NCBI GenBank assembly: GCA_012031815.1
Contig: JAAUTE010000002.1
Coordinates: forward strand, 1-38,355
Length of the DNA stretch: 38,355 nucleotides
DNA from: Chloroflexaceae bacterium
GTDB lineage: Bacteria > Cyanobacteriota > Cyanobacteriia > Cyanobacteriales > JAAUTE01
Direction: 5' to 3'
Below the pieces are notes generated by a model. The model was not told where the DNA came from. It saw only the letters and a list, made by a program, of their open reading frames with translations, and did not search any database. Numbering within the stretch: the first letter of the stretch is position 1; each line of letters starts with the position of its first letter. This document shows, one piece after another, positions 8,489 through 18,918 of the stretch. Made by a program: the position numbers and the translations under genes.

Positions 8489-9969
8489 ATGAGCCTTTAT
8501 CCTGTTGCTTCGCCTGTCCCGTCCCCTGCCTTCGTCGAGACGATTCCCGACAAACCCGAAGAAGCCTGTGGCGTGTTTGGCCTCTACGCTCCTGGCGAGG
8601 ATGTCGCCAAATTGACGTATTTTGGCTTATTTGCTTTACAGCACCGAGGCCAGGAGTCGGCAGGCATTGCCAGCTTCGAGAGGGAGCAAGTCCACGTTTA
8701 CAAGGACATGGGGCTGGTTTCCCAGGTATTTAACGAAAAAATCCTGCGACAGCTCCCAGGCAACTTGGCGGTCGGCCATACTCGTTATTCCACCACAGGT
8801 TCCAGCGTCGTTGTCAACGCTCAGCCCGCCGTCTTGCAAACCCGTCTTGGGCCACTAGCCCTGGCCCACAACGGCAATTTGGTCAATGCAGCCCAACTGC
8901 GCTCAATTTTACAAAATCATAACTGTCGCTTTGAAACTACCACCGATTCGGAAATGATCGCGGTGCGATCGCGCGGGAGGTCAACAGCGGCAAGGATTGG
9001 TTAGAAGCCGCCATTAGTGCCTTTCAACTGTGCAGCGGGGCCTATAGTTTAGCGATCGGGACGCCCCAGGGAGTAATGGGCGCTCGCGACCCCAACGGCA
9101 TTCGACCCCTAGTGCTTGGTACATTCCTCAGCAACGGCATCACCCGCTACGTTCTGGCTTCGGAAACCTGTGCCCTGGACATTATTGGAGCGGAATACCT
9201 GCGAGAGGTGGAACCAGGGGAATTGGTTTGGATCACGGAAGCGGGTCTGGCCTCTTTCCACTGGGCTAAAAAACCGGAGCGCAAGCTGTGTATCTTCGAA
9301 ATGATTTATTTTGCCCGTCCCGACAGCCTCATGCACGAAGAGACGCTCTATCGCTACCGCGTTCGCCTCGGCGAGCAACTGGCTAAAGAATCCCCCGTTG
9401 ACGCTGATTTTGTCATGGGCGTGCCTGATTCTGGAATTCCAGCGGCGATCGGGTATTCCCGCCATTCCGGCATTCCCTACGAAGAAGGCTTGATCAAAAA
9501 TCGCTACGTCGGTCGTACCTTCATTCAACCGACCCAGACCATGCGAGAATCGGGAATTCGCATGAAACTCAATCCCCTCAAGGATGTTTTGGCGGGCAAG
9601 CGGGCGATTATCGTGGATGATTCCATCGTGCGCGGTACCACCAGCCGCAAAATTGTCCGCGAGATGCGAGAAGCGGGGGCGAAGGAAGTTCACATGCGTA
9701 TTTCTTCACCGCCGGTTACCCATCCTTGTTTTTATGGCATCGACACTGACTCTCAGGATCAGCTGATTGCGGCGACCAAATCCGTAACTGAGATTGCGGC
9801 GCAACTGGGCGTCGATTCTCTGGCTTATTTGAGTTGGGAAGGCATGTTGGCGGCCACTGGAGAAGATCCCAATAGTTTCTGTTCCGCTTGCTTCACGGGG
9901 GATTATCCCGTTCCCGTTCCCGACCCCCTCAAACGGGCTAAACTGCGGCTGGAGGAGCTGGCGGTTTAG
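8489..9969 (+). CDS. purF: Amidophosphoribosyltransferase PurF; frameshift near 8964
   Basis: Propeptide then the N-terminal nucleophile EEACGVFGLY, followed by LQHRGQESAGI and GHTRYSTTG. After TTTDSEMIAV the protein continues in the frame of track ORF 9076-9969, which is open from ~8941: AIAREVNSGKDWLEAAISAFQLCSGAYSLAIGTPQGVMGARDPNGIRPL. PRPP loop IIVDDSIVRGTT. Confidence 0.9.
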
Positions 9970-10095
9970 TGACAATTGGGAAAGGCTTCCCTGGCGATCG
10001 CAACTAGGTGGCGCTGGTAAAACCAGGGGCTATGAGATAATGTATAAATTTGGTAATCGAGATTGCGAGCCGATATCAGTTTGGGAGCGCCGAGA

Positions 10096-11379
10096 GTGAA
10101 GGCATTGATCGTTGGCAACGGCGGGAGAGAACATGCACTGGCTTGGAAGTTTCAGCAGTCCCCGCAGGTAAATCAAGTGATTTGCGTTCCTGGCAACGGC
10201 GGTACGGCAATGTTACCGAACTGTATTAATATTCCCTTACCCGTGGACGATCTAGAAGGGATTGCGAGAGCGGCCCTGGTCAATGGAGTAGGGTTGGTGG
10301 TGGTTGGCCCGGAATTGCCCTTGGCGTTAGGAATAACAGATTATTTGCAGGGTCAGGGTTTGAAGGTGTTTGGCCCGAGCAAAGTCGGGGCACAAATTGA
10401 GGCGAGCAAAGCCTGGGCGAAAGCTTTAATGGCAGAAGCCGGGGTTCCCACAGCGGCTTGGGCGGTTTTTAGCGATCGCGTAGCGGCTAAAGCTTATATT
10501 GCCCAGCAGGGAGCGCCGCTGGTGGTTAAGGCCGACGGTTTGGCTGCGGGAAAAGGGGTGATCGTCTGTGGCAGTGAGGCGGAGGCGGAGCAAGCGGTAG
10601 ACAGCCTCTTTCAGCAAGGGTTTAGCACCATCGTGATCGAGGAGCAGTTGGCGGGGGAAGAAGTTTCCGTGTTGGCGATCGCCGATGGGAAGACGCTGCG
10701 GATGTTGCTGCCGGCCCAGGATCACAAGCGCATTGGCGAGGGAGACACGGGCGCAAATACGGGGGGAATGGGGGCTTATGCACCGGCTCCGGTTTTAACG
10801 CCAGCATTAAGCGAACAAGTGGAGCGAAACATTCTTCAGCCGACCTTGCGGGCACTGCAACAGCGGGGCATTGACTATCGGGGCGTGCTATATGCGGGTT
10901 TGATGATTGCTCCAGGGGGAAAGCCCTCTGTTTTAGAGTTTAATTGCCGCTTTGGCGACCCGGAAACCCAGGTTTTGTTGCCGTTGCTGGAGTCGTCTTT
11001 GGCAGATATACTGTCTGCCTGTGTTGATGGCAGGCTCGACCAATTGCCGCCGTTGCAATGGCGCTCTGGCAGTGCGGTCTGTGTGGTGGCCTCGGCAGAA
11101 GGTTATCCCGGTTCCTACAGTAAAGGGATGGCGATCGCGGGCATTGAGTCAGCCCAGGCTCAAGATGTGCTGGTTTTTCAGGCAGGCACAAAACTTCAAC
11201 AGCAGCAGTTGATTGTGACGGGCGGGCGAGTGTTGGGTGTTACGGCGGTCAGCAGCGATTTTGACAGCGCGATCGCCAAAGCTTATCGAGGCTTAGAAAG
11301 CATTCAGTTTCCAGGAATTTACTACCGCCGCGATATCGGCTACCGGGTTCGCCACCACAATAGCGAAGCCAGTCCCTAG
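10096..11379 (+). CDS. purD: Phosphoribosylamine-glycine ligase
   Basis: VKALIVGNGGREHALAWK, an ATP-grasp core (VVKADGLAAGKGV, EEQLAGEEVSV) and CRFGDPETQ. GTG 10096, 8 nt after GGGAG (10083-10087), is preferred to TTG 10063. Confidence 0.9.
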   Translation: MKALIVGNGGREHALAWKFQQSPQVNQVICVPGNGGTAMLPNCINIPLPVDDLEGIARAALVNGVGLVVVGPELPLALGITDYLQGQGLKVFGPSKVGAQIEASKAWAKALMAEAGVPTAAWAVFSDRVAAKAYIAQQGAPLVVKADGLAAGKGVIVCGSEAEAEQAVDSLFQQGFSTIVIEEQLAGEEVSVLAIADGKTLRMLLPAQDHKRIGEGDTGANTGGMGAYAPAPVLTPALSEQVERNILQPTLRALQQRGIDYRGVLYAGLMIAPGGKPSVLEFNCRFGDPETQVLLPLLESSLADILSACVDGRLDQLPPLQWRSGSAVCVVASAEGYPGSYSKGMAIAGIESAQAQDVLVFQAGTKLQQQQLIVTGGRVLGVTAVSSDFDSAIAKAYRGLESIQFPGIYYRRDIGYRVRHHNSEASP

Positions 11380-11687
11380 ACTTATCGCCAGTTCAAACAA
11401 CTTAAACCCCAATAAAACGTTTGCTGATAATGGCAAGTTTTAGGGAAGAAAATCGTCTGGAGTTGAGACAAACCTTGAAAGAGAATGGCAATTGCTCTTT
11501 AAAAGGTAAGAGGCAAAAAGGTAGATTTAGACAAAAAAACTGAGCCAAACATAGGGCTTACCCGACCGAGAACAGCTAAATTTTTTCCTAATATCGACTT
11601 AACTTAACAAACCCATCTCTGGGACTGTCAGGGGTGAGCGGGAACCTGATAGGCTGGAACTTATCTGCCCCCAAAATCAGCTAATTT

Positions 11688-13201
11688 ATGTTTCCCACCA
11701 GAGCTAGTGGTATTTTACTCCATCCCACCTGCTTCCCCAGTCGCTTTGGCATTGGCGATCTTGGCAAGCAAGCCTATCACTTTATTGATTTCTTACAGGC
11801 CAGCGACCAGCAATGGTGGCAGATCTTGCCCTTGGCCCCACAGGCGTTGGTGACTCTCCCTACTTAGCCTATTCCTCCCAGGCAGGAAATCCCCTGCTAA
11901 TTAGTCTGGACTTCCTCCACATCGACGGTTTTCTCTCAGAAGCTGACCTCGGCAGTTTACCCGATTTCCCTGGGGATTTCGTTGACTACGATCGCGTCCG
12001 CGACTACAAATATCCCCTCCTCAAAACCGCCAGCTACCACTTTAAACGCCACGCAGCGTCCGCTCAGCAGCAAGCCTTTGCTCAATTCTGTGATCGCCAC
12101 CAATTTTGGCTGAATGATTACGCCCTGTTTATGTCCCTCAAAGACGAGTTTGCCGGAACTGGCTGGTACGAATGGCCAGAGGCGATCGCCAAACGAGAAC
12201 CAGAAGCTTTACAAGAATGGACACAGCGCCTACAGGAAGCTATTTTTGTCCACAAATTCATGCAGTTTGAGTTCGTGCGTCAGTGGACAAACCTAAAAAA
12301 TTACGCCAACGAGCGCAAGATTGTTATTTTCGGAGATCTGCCGATCTATGTCGCCCACGATAGCGCCGATGTTTGGGCACACCCGCAAATTTTCTGCCTC
12401 GACGAGGAAACAGGCAAACCCTCGCTTATGGCCGGAGTGCCGCCGGACTACTTCAGCGCCACCGGACAGCTTTGGGGCAATCCCGTTTACAACTGGGAGG
12501 AACTGGAGCGCACTAACTTTGATTGGTGGATACGGCGCATTGAAAGCATCCTCGAATATGTCGATGTGGTTCGCATCGATCACTTCCGGGGCTTTGAATC
12601 CTACTGGGCGGTTCCGGGGGCAGAAACCACCGCCGTCAATGGCAGTTGGGTCGAAGCTCCAGGGGATGAGTTTTTTACCCTCTTGGAGCAGCGCTTGGGC
12701 AGGCTTCCCATTGTGGCCGAAGATTTAGGACTGATTACGGCTGAGGTCGAGGCCCTGCGCGATCGCTTTGAGTTCCCCGGCATGAAAATTTTGCACTTTG
12801 CCTTTGATAGCGATCGGGCCAATCCCTTCCTGCCCTACAACTACACCAGCAACTGTATTGTCTATACGGGAACTCACGATAACGATACAACCCTGGGTTG
12901 GTTTGAATCGAGGCCCCCAGAAGCCCAGGAGCGAGTCTTGGAGTATCTCGGCAGCGTCGATCCCCAGGGCATTCACTGGAGTTTAATTCGCCTGGCCATG
13001 AGTTCCATTGCCAATCAAGCCATCTTTCCCCTGCAAGACATCCTTGGTCTGGGTAGCGATGCGAAAATGAACACCCCCAGCCAAGGCGAAGGCAACTGGC
13101 GCTGGCGCTATCAGAGCGACGCCCTCACCCAACCCCTGAGCGATCACCTGCGACGCCTAACTTACCTGTACGGACGAGCGGCTCAATCTTCCCCCGCCTG
13201 A
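11688..13201 (+). CDS. malQ: 4-alpha-glucanotransferase (GH77 amylomaltase); frameshift at GG 11834-11835
   Basis: An unlisted 59-aa ORF from ATG 11688 (MFPTRASGILLHPTCFPSRFGIGDLGKQAYHFIDFLQASDQQWWQILPL) joins track ORF 11813-13201 (GPTGVGDSPYLAYSSQAGNPLLISLD...) if one G is added. Later motifs: VRIDHFRGF, TGTHDNDT. Confidence 0.85.
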
Positions 13202-13227
13202 CCCAGCCCCGCCACTGCTTCCCCGAC

Positions 13228-13257
13228 CTCTCCTAGCCGAGAAGACGGCCAGGAGAG
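13228..13257. terminator. Imperfect hairpin between the convergent malQ and glycosyltransferase genes
   Basis: CTCTCCTAGCC-8 nt-GGCCAGGAGAG pairs 10 of 11 positions. It sits in the 100-bp gap between two convergent stop codons and has no clear U-tract on either strand. Confidence 0.35.
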
Positions 13258-13301
13258 TAGGTAATCAAAAGGAATCGGGCAACCATTACTCTGCCTAGAA
13301 T

Positions 13302-14084
13302 TTAAACCGGATTACTTTGGTATTGAGGCGTCATAGGGGCTTCTACGAGGTCGTAGAGTCCAAACTCATCGCGAAGTTTCTGAGTCAGCGGTCGGCGGCT
13401 GAGCAAACTAAAGAAAAGCTTGTTTTCATTGGCAGACATATTATCCCCCGTTCCGAGAACATAAACGCTGCCAGGAAAAGGTAACGCCTTCATTGGTTGG
13501 CCTTGATCGGCCATGATGGCTTTGACTTTTTGGTGATCGATTAAAAACTTGTAATGTCCATACCCACGATTGTATTCGGGATATTCCGGCAATGCTAAAT
13601 GGTTAAAATGTAAAATATTGCAGGTTCCCGACAGGCGATAGAAGTGACTGCCCTTGTAGTGTACTACTGGAGCGCTTTCCCGATACTTGTAGCCGCGATC
13701 GACATACCAACCAGTCTCCTGGCGATCGCGAACAAACTCGGCCAGTCGGGAACTCACCAAATCGTCAGCATCCACCGTCATTGCATAGTCTGGGGAAAAG
13801 CGATCGCGAGCATAAACCAGCCCAGCCAGGACTTTGCGTCCCTTATCAGTCAACCCTCGGACAACCGGGTCAGTTTCCTTCACCAGGGGAAAATCCACTT
13901 CCAAATAGTGCAGGCGAGGGCTGGCAAAGGCGATTTCAGGCCGGTCGTGGCAAACGACAACTACTTGAAAATCTGGGGAACTTTGCTGGCAAATCGATCT
14001 CGCGCACCGTTCAAACAATTGACAGACACGCTCCCAGGACTTAGAAACCCGTCGACTTTTCAATGGAACTATAAATACGAGCAT
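13302..14084 (-). CDS. GT-A fold (family 2-like) glycosyltransferase
   Basis: 260-aa uninterrupted ORF. The N-terminus MLVFIVPLKSRRVSKSWERV...FQVVVVCHD and the acidic DADD motif are typical of GT-A enzymes. The exact family was not determined. Confidence 0.65.
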   Translation of the reverse strand: MLVFIVPLKSRRVSKSWERVCQLFERCARSICQQSSPDFQVVVVCHDRPEIAFASPRLHYLEVDFPLVKETDPVVRGLTDKGRKVLAGLVYARDRFSPDYAMTVDADDLVSSRLAEFVRDRQETGWYVDRGYKYRESAPVVHYKGSHFYRLSGTCNILHFNHLALPEYPEYNRGYGHYKFLIDHQKVKAIMADQGQPMKALPFPGSVYVLGTGDNMSANENKLFFSLLSRRPLTQKLRDEFGLYDLVEAPMTPQYQSNPV

Positions 14085-14751
14085 AGTATAAATATTGTTG
14101 CAACCGAGGACAATGACAGCAAGAAACAGCTTGTTGACAAGCCAGAGATCTTCACCTCAGCCCATATCCTTTCAGCCAGTCTGAACCTGTCCAGGAAGCC
14201 ACAGAAGAGGAAATAGCTGCGGTGCTTTCGTAAATCCTAATTTTCCTTTCAGAAAGCGTAAATTGGCGAATTCACGGAAACTAATTGTGAAATTTTAGTA
14301 AAGTTGACTCGCTGCGGCGATCGCTCCAAAAGAATCCAGCGGCAATTTAAGCCAGAACAATGACAGAAACCAGCAAGTGTCCAAGGAATGATTGCCTCAG
14401 CAGCACCAGAAACTTTGATTTCGCTAAGATTACTGATCGCCACCTCTAAATCAATCAGTCACCAGTCGAAATACGAGAACGGCAGTTTCTCTCAGCCAAC
14501 CATCATCGGCAAGGCTTCTCTCAATAGAAGAACCAGGGATTAGCCATAAACGCCCTTAGAAACTTTCCCGGACGCTAAAGACCCCATTGAGCCATTGATT
14601 TAACTTCCTGCGGAATTCGCTAAAAGAAACTGGCCTATCAGTTTTTTATGAAGCTGGAGTTTAAACTCAGAAAAAATCAGTATAAATAGCTAGGCAACCC
14701 AAAATTTTGTAAAGCTAGATACAGAATTTGCGAGAAACTTTAGCCAAAATC

Positions 14752-14791
14752 ACCCAAAAAAACAAGCACGCTAGGAGGGTTGGTGCTTGTT
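14752..14791 (-). terminator. Rho-independent terminator downstream of glmM
   Basis: On the minus strand AACAAGCAC-13 nt-GTGCTTGTT forms a perfect 9-bp stem (14761-14791) followed by a T-run (complement of the A-run ending at 14762). It lies ~30 nt after the glmM stop at 14822. Confidence 0.7.
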
Positions 14792-14821
14792 TAATTTAAC
14801 TTGGGATCGGAAGCGTCGGTA

Positions 14822-16280
14822 TTAAGTGAGGTGAGTTGCGATCGCAGCCAGCAAGGTTTTGCTCCAGTACTCGGCTACGGCCCCATCCGCCGCTTCCACC
14901 ATCACCCGAATCACCGGTTCCGTTCCAGACGCACGCACCAATACCCGACCCGTTTGACCCATTGCCTCTTGGGCTGCGGCGATCGCTGCCTGGAGAGGTT
15001 CGCACTCCTGCCAGTGACGGCGGCGGCTATCCTCGACACGGGCGTTGCAAAGAATTTGGGGATAAGGCTGAAAACTGCCATCAATCAACTGAGCCAGGGT
15101 CTGACCCGACTCCCGAACCAAGGCTGCCACCTGGAGCGCGCTCAGCAGGCCATCCCCCGAAATACCGTAGTGATGACAAATGATGTGTCCAGACTGTTCG
15201 CCGCCGAGCATGGCTCCCGTTTGCTGCATTTGAGCTTGGACATGGCGATCGCCCACTGGGGTTCGCAACAGTTGGCCGCCCCGCTGCTGCCAGGCCCGTT
15301 CAAAACCCAGATTGGCCATAACTGTCCCCACAATCAGATTTTCTGGCAGGCGCTGCTGCTGCTGGAGGGCTTGGCCCCACAAATAAAGGAGGTAGTCGCC
15401 ATTGACCTCGCGGCCGCGATTGTCCGCCGCTAAAACCCGATCCGCATCCCCATCAAAGGCAAAGCCCAGATCGGCTTGATGTTCCGCGACAGCGCCTGCA
15501 ATCGTCCAGATGGGTTGAGCCACAGCTAACATTGATGCGATCGCCATCGGGTTGGTCGTGTAAGGCGATGACCTCAGCCCCCAAACGGCGAAACAGTCCC
15601 CCTCCCAAGGGTGCTGCTGCGCCCCAAGCCAGATCTAGGACAATCCGCAAACCCGCCAGGGTTGCCCCCTCTCCCAAGGATGCTTGCAAGGCTTGACCGT
15701 AGTCCGCCACCAATTGGGGCCGGTAGTACTGCTTGCCCCAAGCCCCCGCAGTTCCCAGGGACGGAACGCCATCGCCATTCCCCTCCCACCGCTGCCGTAG
15801 TTGCGCGGCGATCGCCGTGGTGCTGCTGGTCGCTAGCTTAGTTCCCGCTCCGCCAAAAAACTTGATGCCATTGTCTTCGGGGGGATTGTGGCTCGCCGAA
15901 ATCATAATGCCGCCCATTGCCTCTGTGATACGAGTGAGGTAGGCAACGCAAGGAGTAGGACACAGGCCCAACTGCCAAACCTCAATTCCCGCCGCCGTCA
16001 ACCCTGCCGCGATCGCCGCTGCCAGCATATCGCTGGAGTTGCGGGAATCTTGGCCAATAATCACCGGGCCTGGCACAGAAGCCTGGCTTTGCAGGACTTG
16101 CCCCCCACAAAAACCAACTTGCAGCGCAAAGGGAGCCGTCAGTAATTCTCCCACCTTACCCCGAATGCCATCGGTACCAAACAGGGGATCGGGAAGGGCA
16201 GCCAAAGTGGGGCCGGGCAAGCTCTCCGGGGCAAGGGTTATCTGAGCGCTGCCGTTAGGGCCAGATAAAGAAGCCACCAT
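14822..16280 (-). CDS. glmM: Phosphoglucosamine mutase; frameshift around 15500-15510
   Basis: [11 protein letters not shown], phosphoserine loop [33 protein letters not shown]. Built from track ORFs 15453-16583 and 14822-15547. ATG 16280 is preceded by GAGGAG with a 9-nt spacer. The 101 extra N-terminal residues in the track ORF overlap the upstream gene and look non-protein-like. Confidence 0.9.
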
Positions 16281-16452
16281 AGCGTAATTCTCCTCACACA
16301 ACTTGCATTCACAAGACAAATCGTACTCGATTCTTGGCAGACCCCATTGCCTGGACGAGTGCCGATCCAAGGGCGGCTTCTCTAGTTTTTTCGCGCTCAG
16401 GACTAGCAGTTTCCTGATTTTGCGCCAACTCCACCCAGGCCGCTTTCCCCTC

Positions 16453-16749
16453 CTAGACTCCTGCCTCCTTGAGGAGTTCCACCATCTCTGACCAGGTGAA
16501 ATGGCGTTGCAAGTAACGAGGACGATCGGGCTGGTAGGGACTGGCCAGGCGATCGATGCTAACAATGGTCGCCTTCTCGTCAATGAGAGGAACGTCCGGA
16601 TCGCTGGGGGTCGATCGCCACAAAGAACTGGAAAATCCCCTAAAAATCATCACCAGATCGATTTCACCCTCGGTTTCCGCTTCGACCAGCAACACTTCTT
16701 GCGATCGCTGGCGGCTGTAGTCCTCTAGTCGTTTGATCCTTGTGGGCAT
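16453..16749 (-). CDS. Conserved hypothetical protein (98 aa)
   Basis: From ATG 16749: [42 protein letters not shown]...[20 protein letters not shown]. The composition is protein-like and the gene sits directly upstream of glmM on the same strand. I believe homologues are common in cyanobacteria but cannot name the family with confidence. Confidence 0.55.
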   Translation of the reverse strand: MPTRIKRLEDYSRQRSQEVLLVEAETEGEIDLVMIFRGFSSSLWRSTPSDPDVPLIDEKATIVSIDRLASPYQPDRPRYLQRHFTWSEMVELLKEAGV

Positions 16750-17017
16750 GATTATTCTGGCAATGTTCCCGGCTTTCATACCATCGTGGCAGTAAAGAAA
16801 TAAGATTAGGTTCAATATCAGTTTTAGCCAAGAATAGCCCAAGGGGATCTGAATCAGCCGCCGTTAGTGAGAATCGCGAGTGAAGTTCCTTAACAGCGAA
16901 GCAGATGAGATTTGGGCGACTCCAGAGCGGGGGTGCTATGATAGACTCTAGGTATCGGTGGCTGAGTTTTCGCTAGTATGTAGGAGAGTATTTCCGCTTG
17001 AGTATTAGTTTCGTAGG

Positions 17018-17070
17018 CTTACCTCCGAGTTCCTATGTATCTCTGCACATTTCCAGTTTCTTGAGGTAAG
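17018..17070 (+). promoter_or_regulatory. Possible Shine-Dalgarno-sequestering stem in the rbp 5' leader
   Basis: CTTACCTC (17018-17025) is the perfect reverse complement of GAGGTAAG (17063-17070). The latter contains the GAGG ribosome-binding site 2 nt before ATG 17073. The loop is 37 nt. Confidence 0.3.
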
Positions 17071-17072
17071 TT

Positions 17073-17375
17073 ATGACAATTTATGTAGGCAACCTATCCT
17101 ATCAGGTTACCGAAGACGATTTGACTTCCGTTTTTGCGGAATACGGCTCAGTAAAGCGCATCAAGTTGCCTGTGGATCGAGAAACGGGGCGCATGCGTGG
17201 TTTTGCTTTTGTGGACATGGCTTCAGAAGCAGAAGAAGCGGCGGCGATCGACGACCTCGATGGTGCAGAATGGATGGATCGCACGCTCAAGGTCAATAAA
17301 GCCAAACCTCGGGATGACAAGAAACCGGCGGGAAATGGTTGGGGCAAGGAACGCAATTTTTCGGAACGTTATTAG
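17073..17375 (+). CDS. RRM-type RNA-binding protein (cyanobacterial Rbp family)
   Basis: RNP2 IYVGNL and RNP1 RGFAFVDM in a 100-aa protein with a short basic tail. Followed by rpsU, as is usual in cyanobacteria. Confidence 0.9.
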   Translation: MTIYVGNLSYQVTEDDLTSVFAEYGSVKRIKLPVDRETGRMRGFAFVDMASEAEEAAAIDDLDGAEWMDRTLKVNKAKPRDDKKPAGNGWGKERNFSERY

Positions 17376-17414
17376 CCGTTCTGACTTAATAGCAAGTGAA
17401 TCTCTAGATCCGAG

Positions 17415-17438
17415 GGGGGACGGCAGAGCTAGTCTCCC
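17415..17438 (+). terminator. Possible hairpin (attenuator or terminator) between rbp and rpsU
   Basis: GGGGGAC-10 nt-GTCTCCC gives a 7-bp stem with one G.U, followed by ATTCTTTGG. The signal is weak. Confidence 0.25.
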
Positions 17439-17499
17439 ATTCTTTGGCCAAAACCAGACTAGCCAAATTTATTCGGTTTTACCAGCAAGAGGGAGTTAG

Positions 17500-17697
17500 A
17501 TGGCTCAGGTAGTAATTGGTGAAAATGAGCAGTTAGAATCTGCATTGCGTCGCTTCAAGCGGAAAGTTTCCAGCGCTGGTATTTTTGCCGACATGAAGAA
17601 AGGACGCCACTTTGAAACGCCCAAGGAAAAGCGCAAGCGCAAGGAATTGGCAAGGCACCGAGAACGCCGCCGCTTCCAACGTCGCAAGCAGTCTTAA
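17500..17697 (+). CDS. rpsU: 30S ribosomal protein S21
   Basis: [48 protein letters not shown]... is an unmistakable S21. GGGAG lies upstream of the ATG. Confidence 0.95.
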   Translation: MAQVVIGENEQLESALRRFKRKVSSAGIFADMKKGRHFETPKEKRKRKELARHRERRRFQRRKQS

Positions 17698-17778
17698 TTG
17701 ATTGGGAACCGTGGTTGGGGCTTCGATACACTAAGGGCAGACAGTCTTGAGTCCTGTTGATTATCGAACCCTAAAGCT

Positions 17779-18340
17779 ATGGCGATCGCAGCAAGAGCAG
17801 CAGCCCAAGCATCCTTAAAGGAAGCGCTGAAGAAGGAGGGCGGCGATGGCGATGTCCATCGAGCCACCATTGCGGCGGCCATTGATGCCCTCTGTCAGCT
17901 CAACCCGACCCCAGCACCAACCCGTTGCCCGGAACTGCTGGAAGGCCAATGGCGGCTGCTCAGTACGCCCAATTTTCCCCAGGGACAGCGGTTGCCTGGG
18001 GTTTAAACCCTTGTCAGCCAAAAACGGACAAAGTTCTGACGGTTCAATTTACGGGCGGCAAGCTAGTCCTGCAACCGGGAACGAACCTGGCGCAATGGAG
18101 AGAAATCTTTGGAGAACAGCAGTCAATTTCCTTAAAATGGCGGGAAAGGCTGAAGTGGTCGCCATTAAACCTGTTTTTGGGCTTGGTTCCGCCCCGTCGA
18201 TGAAAGGGGATACGGGAGAAGTTAGCTTTAAGATGGCGCGATCGCCCCAGGGAAGTCTGGAAATTCTTTGTTTGGGCGAAAAATTGCGCATCACGCAAGG
18301 CCAGAGGGAAACCGTCTTGGTCTGCGAGCGCCAGAGCTAA
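17779..18340 (+). CDS. PAP/fibrillin-like protein; two frameshifts (G4 17998-18001, A4 18134-18137)
   Basis: Three track ORFs (17779-18006, 17925-18203, 17846-18340) chain together: ...LNPTPAPTRCPELLEGQWRLLSTPNFPQGQRLPG|GLNPCQPKTDKVLTVQFTGGKLVLQPG...QQSISLK|MAGKAEVVAIKPVFGLGSAPSMKGDTGEVSFKM...LEILCLGEKLRITQGQRETVLVCERQS. The NPTP...LLEGxWRLL signature resembles cyanobacterial fibrillins (from memory). Confidence 0.55.
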
Positions 18341-18365
18341 ACTCCGGTTAGAAACGGGCACACTT

Positions 18366-18887
18366 CTAGCGACAACCGAGACTGTCTCTGGTAGCGACCC
18401 CCGTAACTGGATTGACTCCCGCAGCCCGCTTACAGAGGAGCGCCACCTGGTAGCGATCGAGAATGGCATCGCTAAAGTCCGCACCCTCGATTCTTGCATC
18501 AAAAAAACGGCTGCGGGCAGCATTAGCTTCCAATAAAATGGCATTAGTCAGGTTAGCGCGGTCTAGCACCATTTGATCCATGAGCGCCCCGCTTAAGTTG
18601 GCTCCGCTAAGATTGGCTTCCAGGAGAATTCCTTTGGTAAGAATGGCATTGCTGAGGTTGGCCCCGCTAAAGTCGGCTTGCCGCATGTCTGCATCAGCAA
18701 ACACGGCTTTTTCCAGATTTTTGTGGGAAAAGTCCCGCTCTCTGAGAATGGTACTCGTGTAGTTAACCGTTCGCTCTTGGGCGATCGCCAAACGAGCATC
18801 CAATAGCACCCAAAGCGCTACCAGCATCAAGAGTGCTAGCAAGGTCAGAAATCGCCGAAACCAGGGATTTGTTGCCACAACTGCCAA
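18366..18887 (-). CDS. Pentapeptide-repeat protein with N-terminal hydrophobic signal or anchor (thylakoid-lumen type)
   Basis: Tandem pentapeptides ([33 protein letters not shown]...) follow the hydrophobic segment [17 protein letters not shown]. There is no ATG; the start is TTG 18887 or GTG 18878. Confidence 0.85.
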   Translation of the reverse strand: MAVVATNPWFRRFLTLLALLMLVALWVLLDARLAIAQERTVNYTSTILRERDFSHKNLEKAVFADADMRQADFSGANLSNAILTKGILLEANLSGANLSGALMDQMVLDRANLTNAILLEANAARSRFFDARIEGADFSDAILDRYQVALLCKRAAGVNPVTGVATRDSLGCR

Positions 18888-18918
18888 ATTAGAAAGGAAC
18901 TGTTTTCCACGTTGGCTA

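Noticed and set aside
9109-9693. 194-aa minus-strand ORF
   Set aside because: It is antisense to purF and has no motifs.
11430-11543. A 37-aa basic mini-ORF (MASFREENRLELRQTLKENGNCSLKGKRQKGRFRQKN) in the purD-malQ spacer, and similarly a 36-aa ORF from ATG 796
   Set aside because: There is no ribosome-binding site and no recognisable family. ORFs this short are expected by chance in A-rich spacers.
13644-14216. 190-aa plus-strand ORF
   Set aside because: It is antisense to the well-supported glycosyltransferase gene over most of its length, and I recognise no family.
14801-15433. 210-aa and 115-aa plus-strand ORFs (14801-15433, 14836-15183)
   Set aside because: They are antisense to glmM, whose motifs are unambiguous, and their translations are Arg/Pro-rich shadow frames.
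16281-16583. N-terminal 101-aa extension of the glmM track ORF
   Set aside because: It overlaps the 3' end of the upstream 98-aa gene and is Arg/Trp/Ser-rich. GlmM homology starts at MVASLSG..., where ATG 16280 has a GAGGAG ribosome-binding site.
18044-18544. 166-aa minus-strand ORF
   Set aside because: It overlaps both the fibrillin-like gene (antisense) and the 3' part of the pentapeptide gene in another frame, and the translation is not protein-like.
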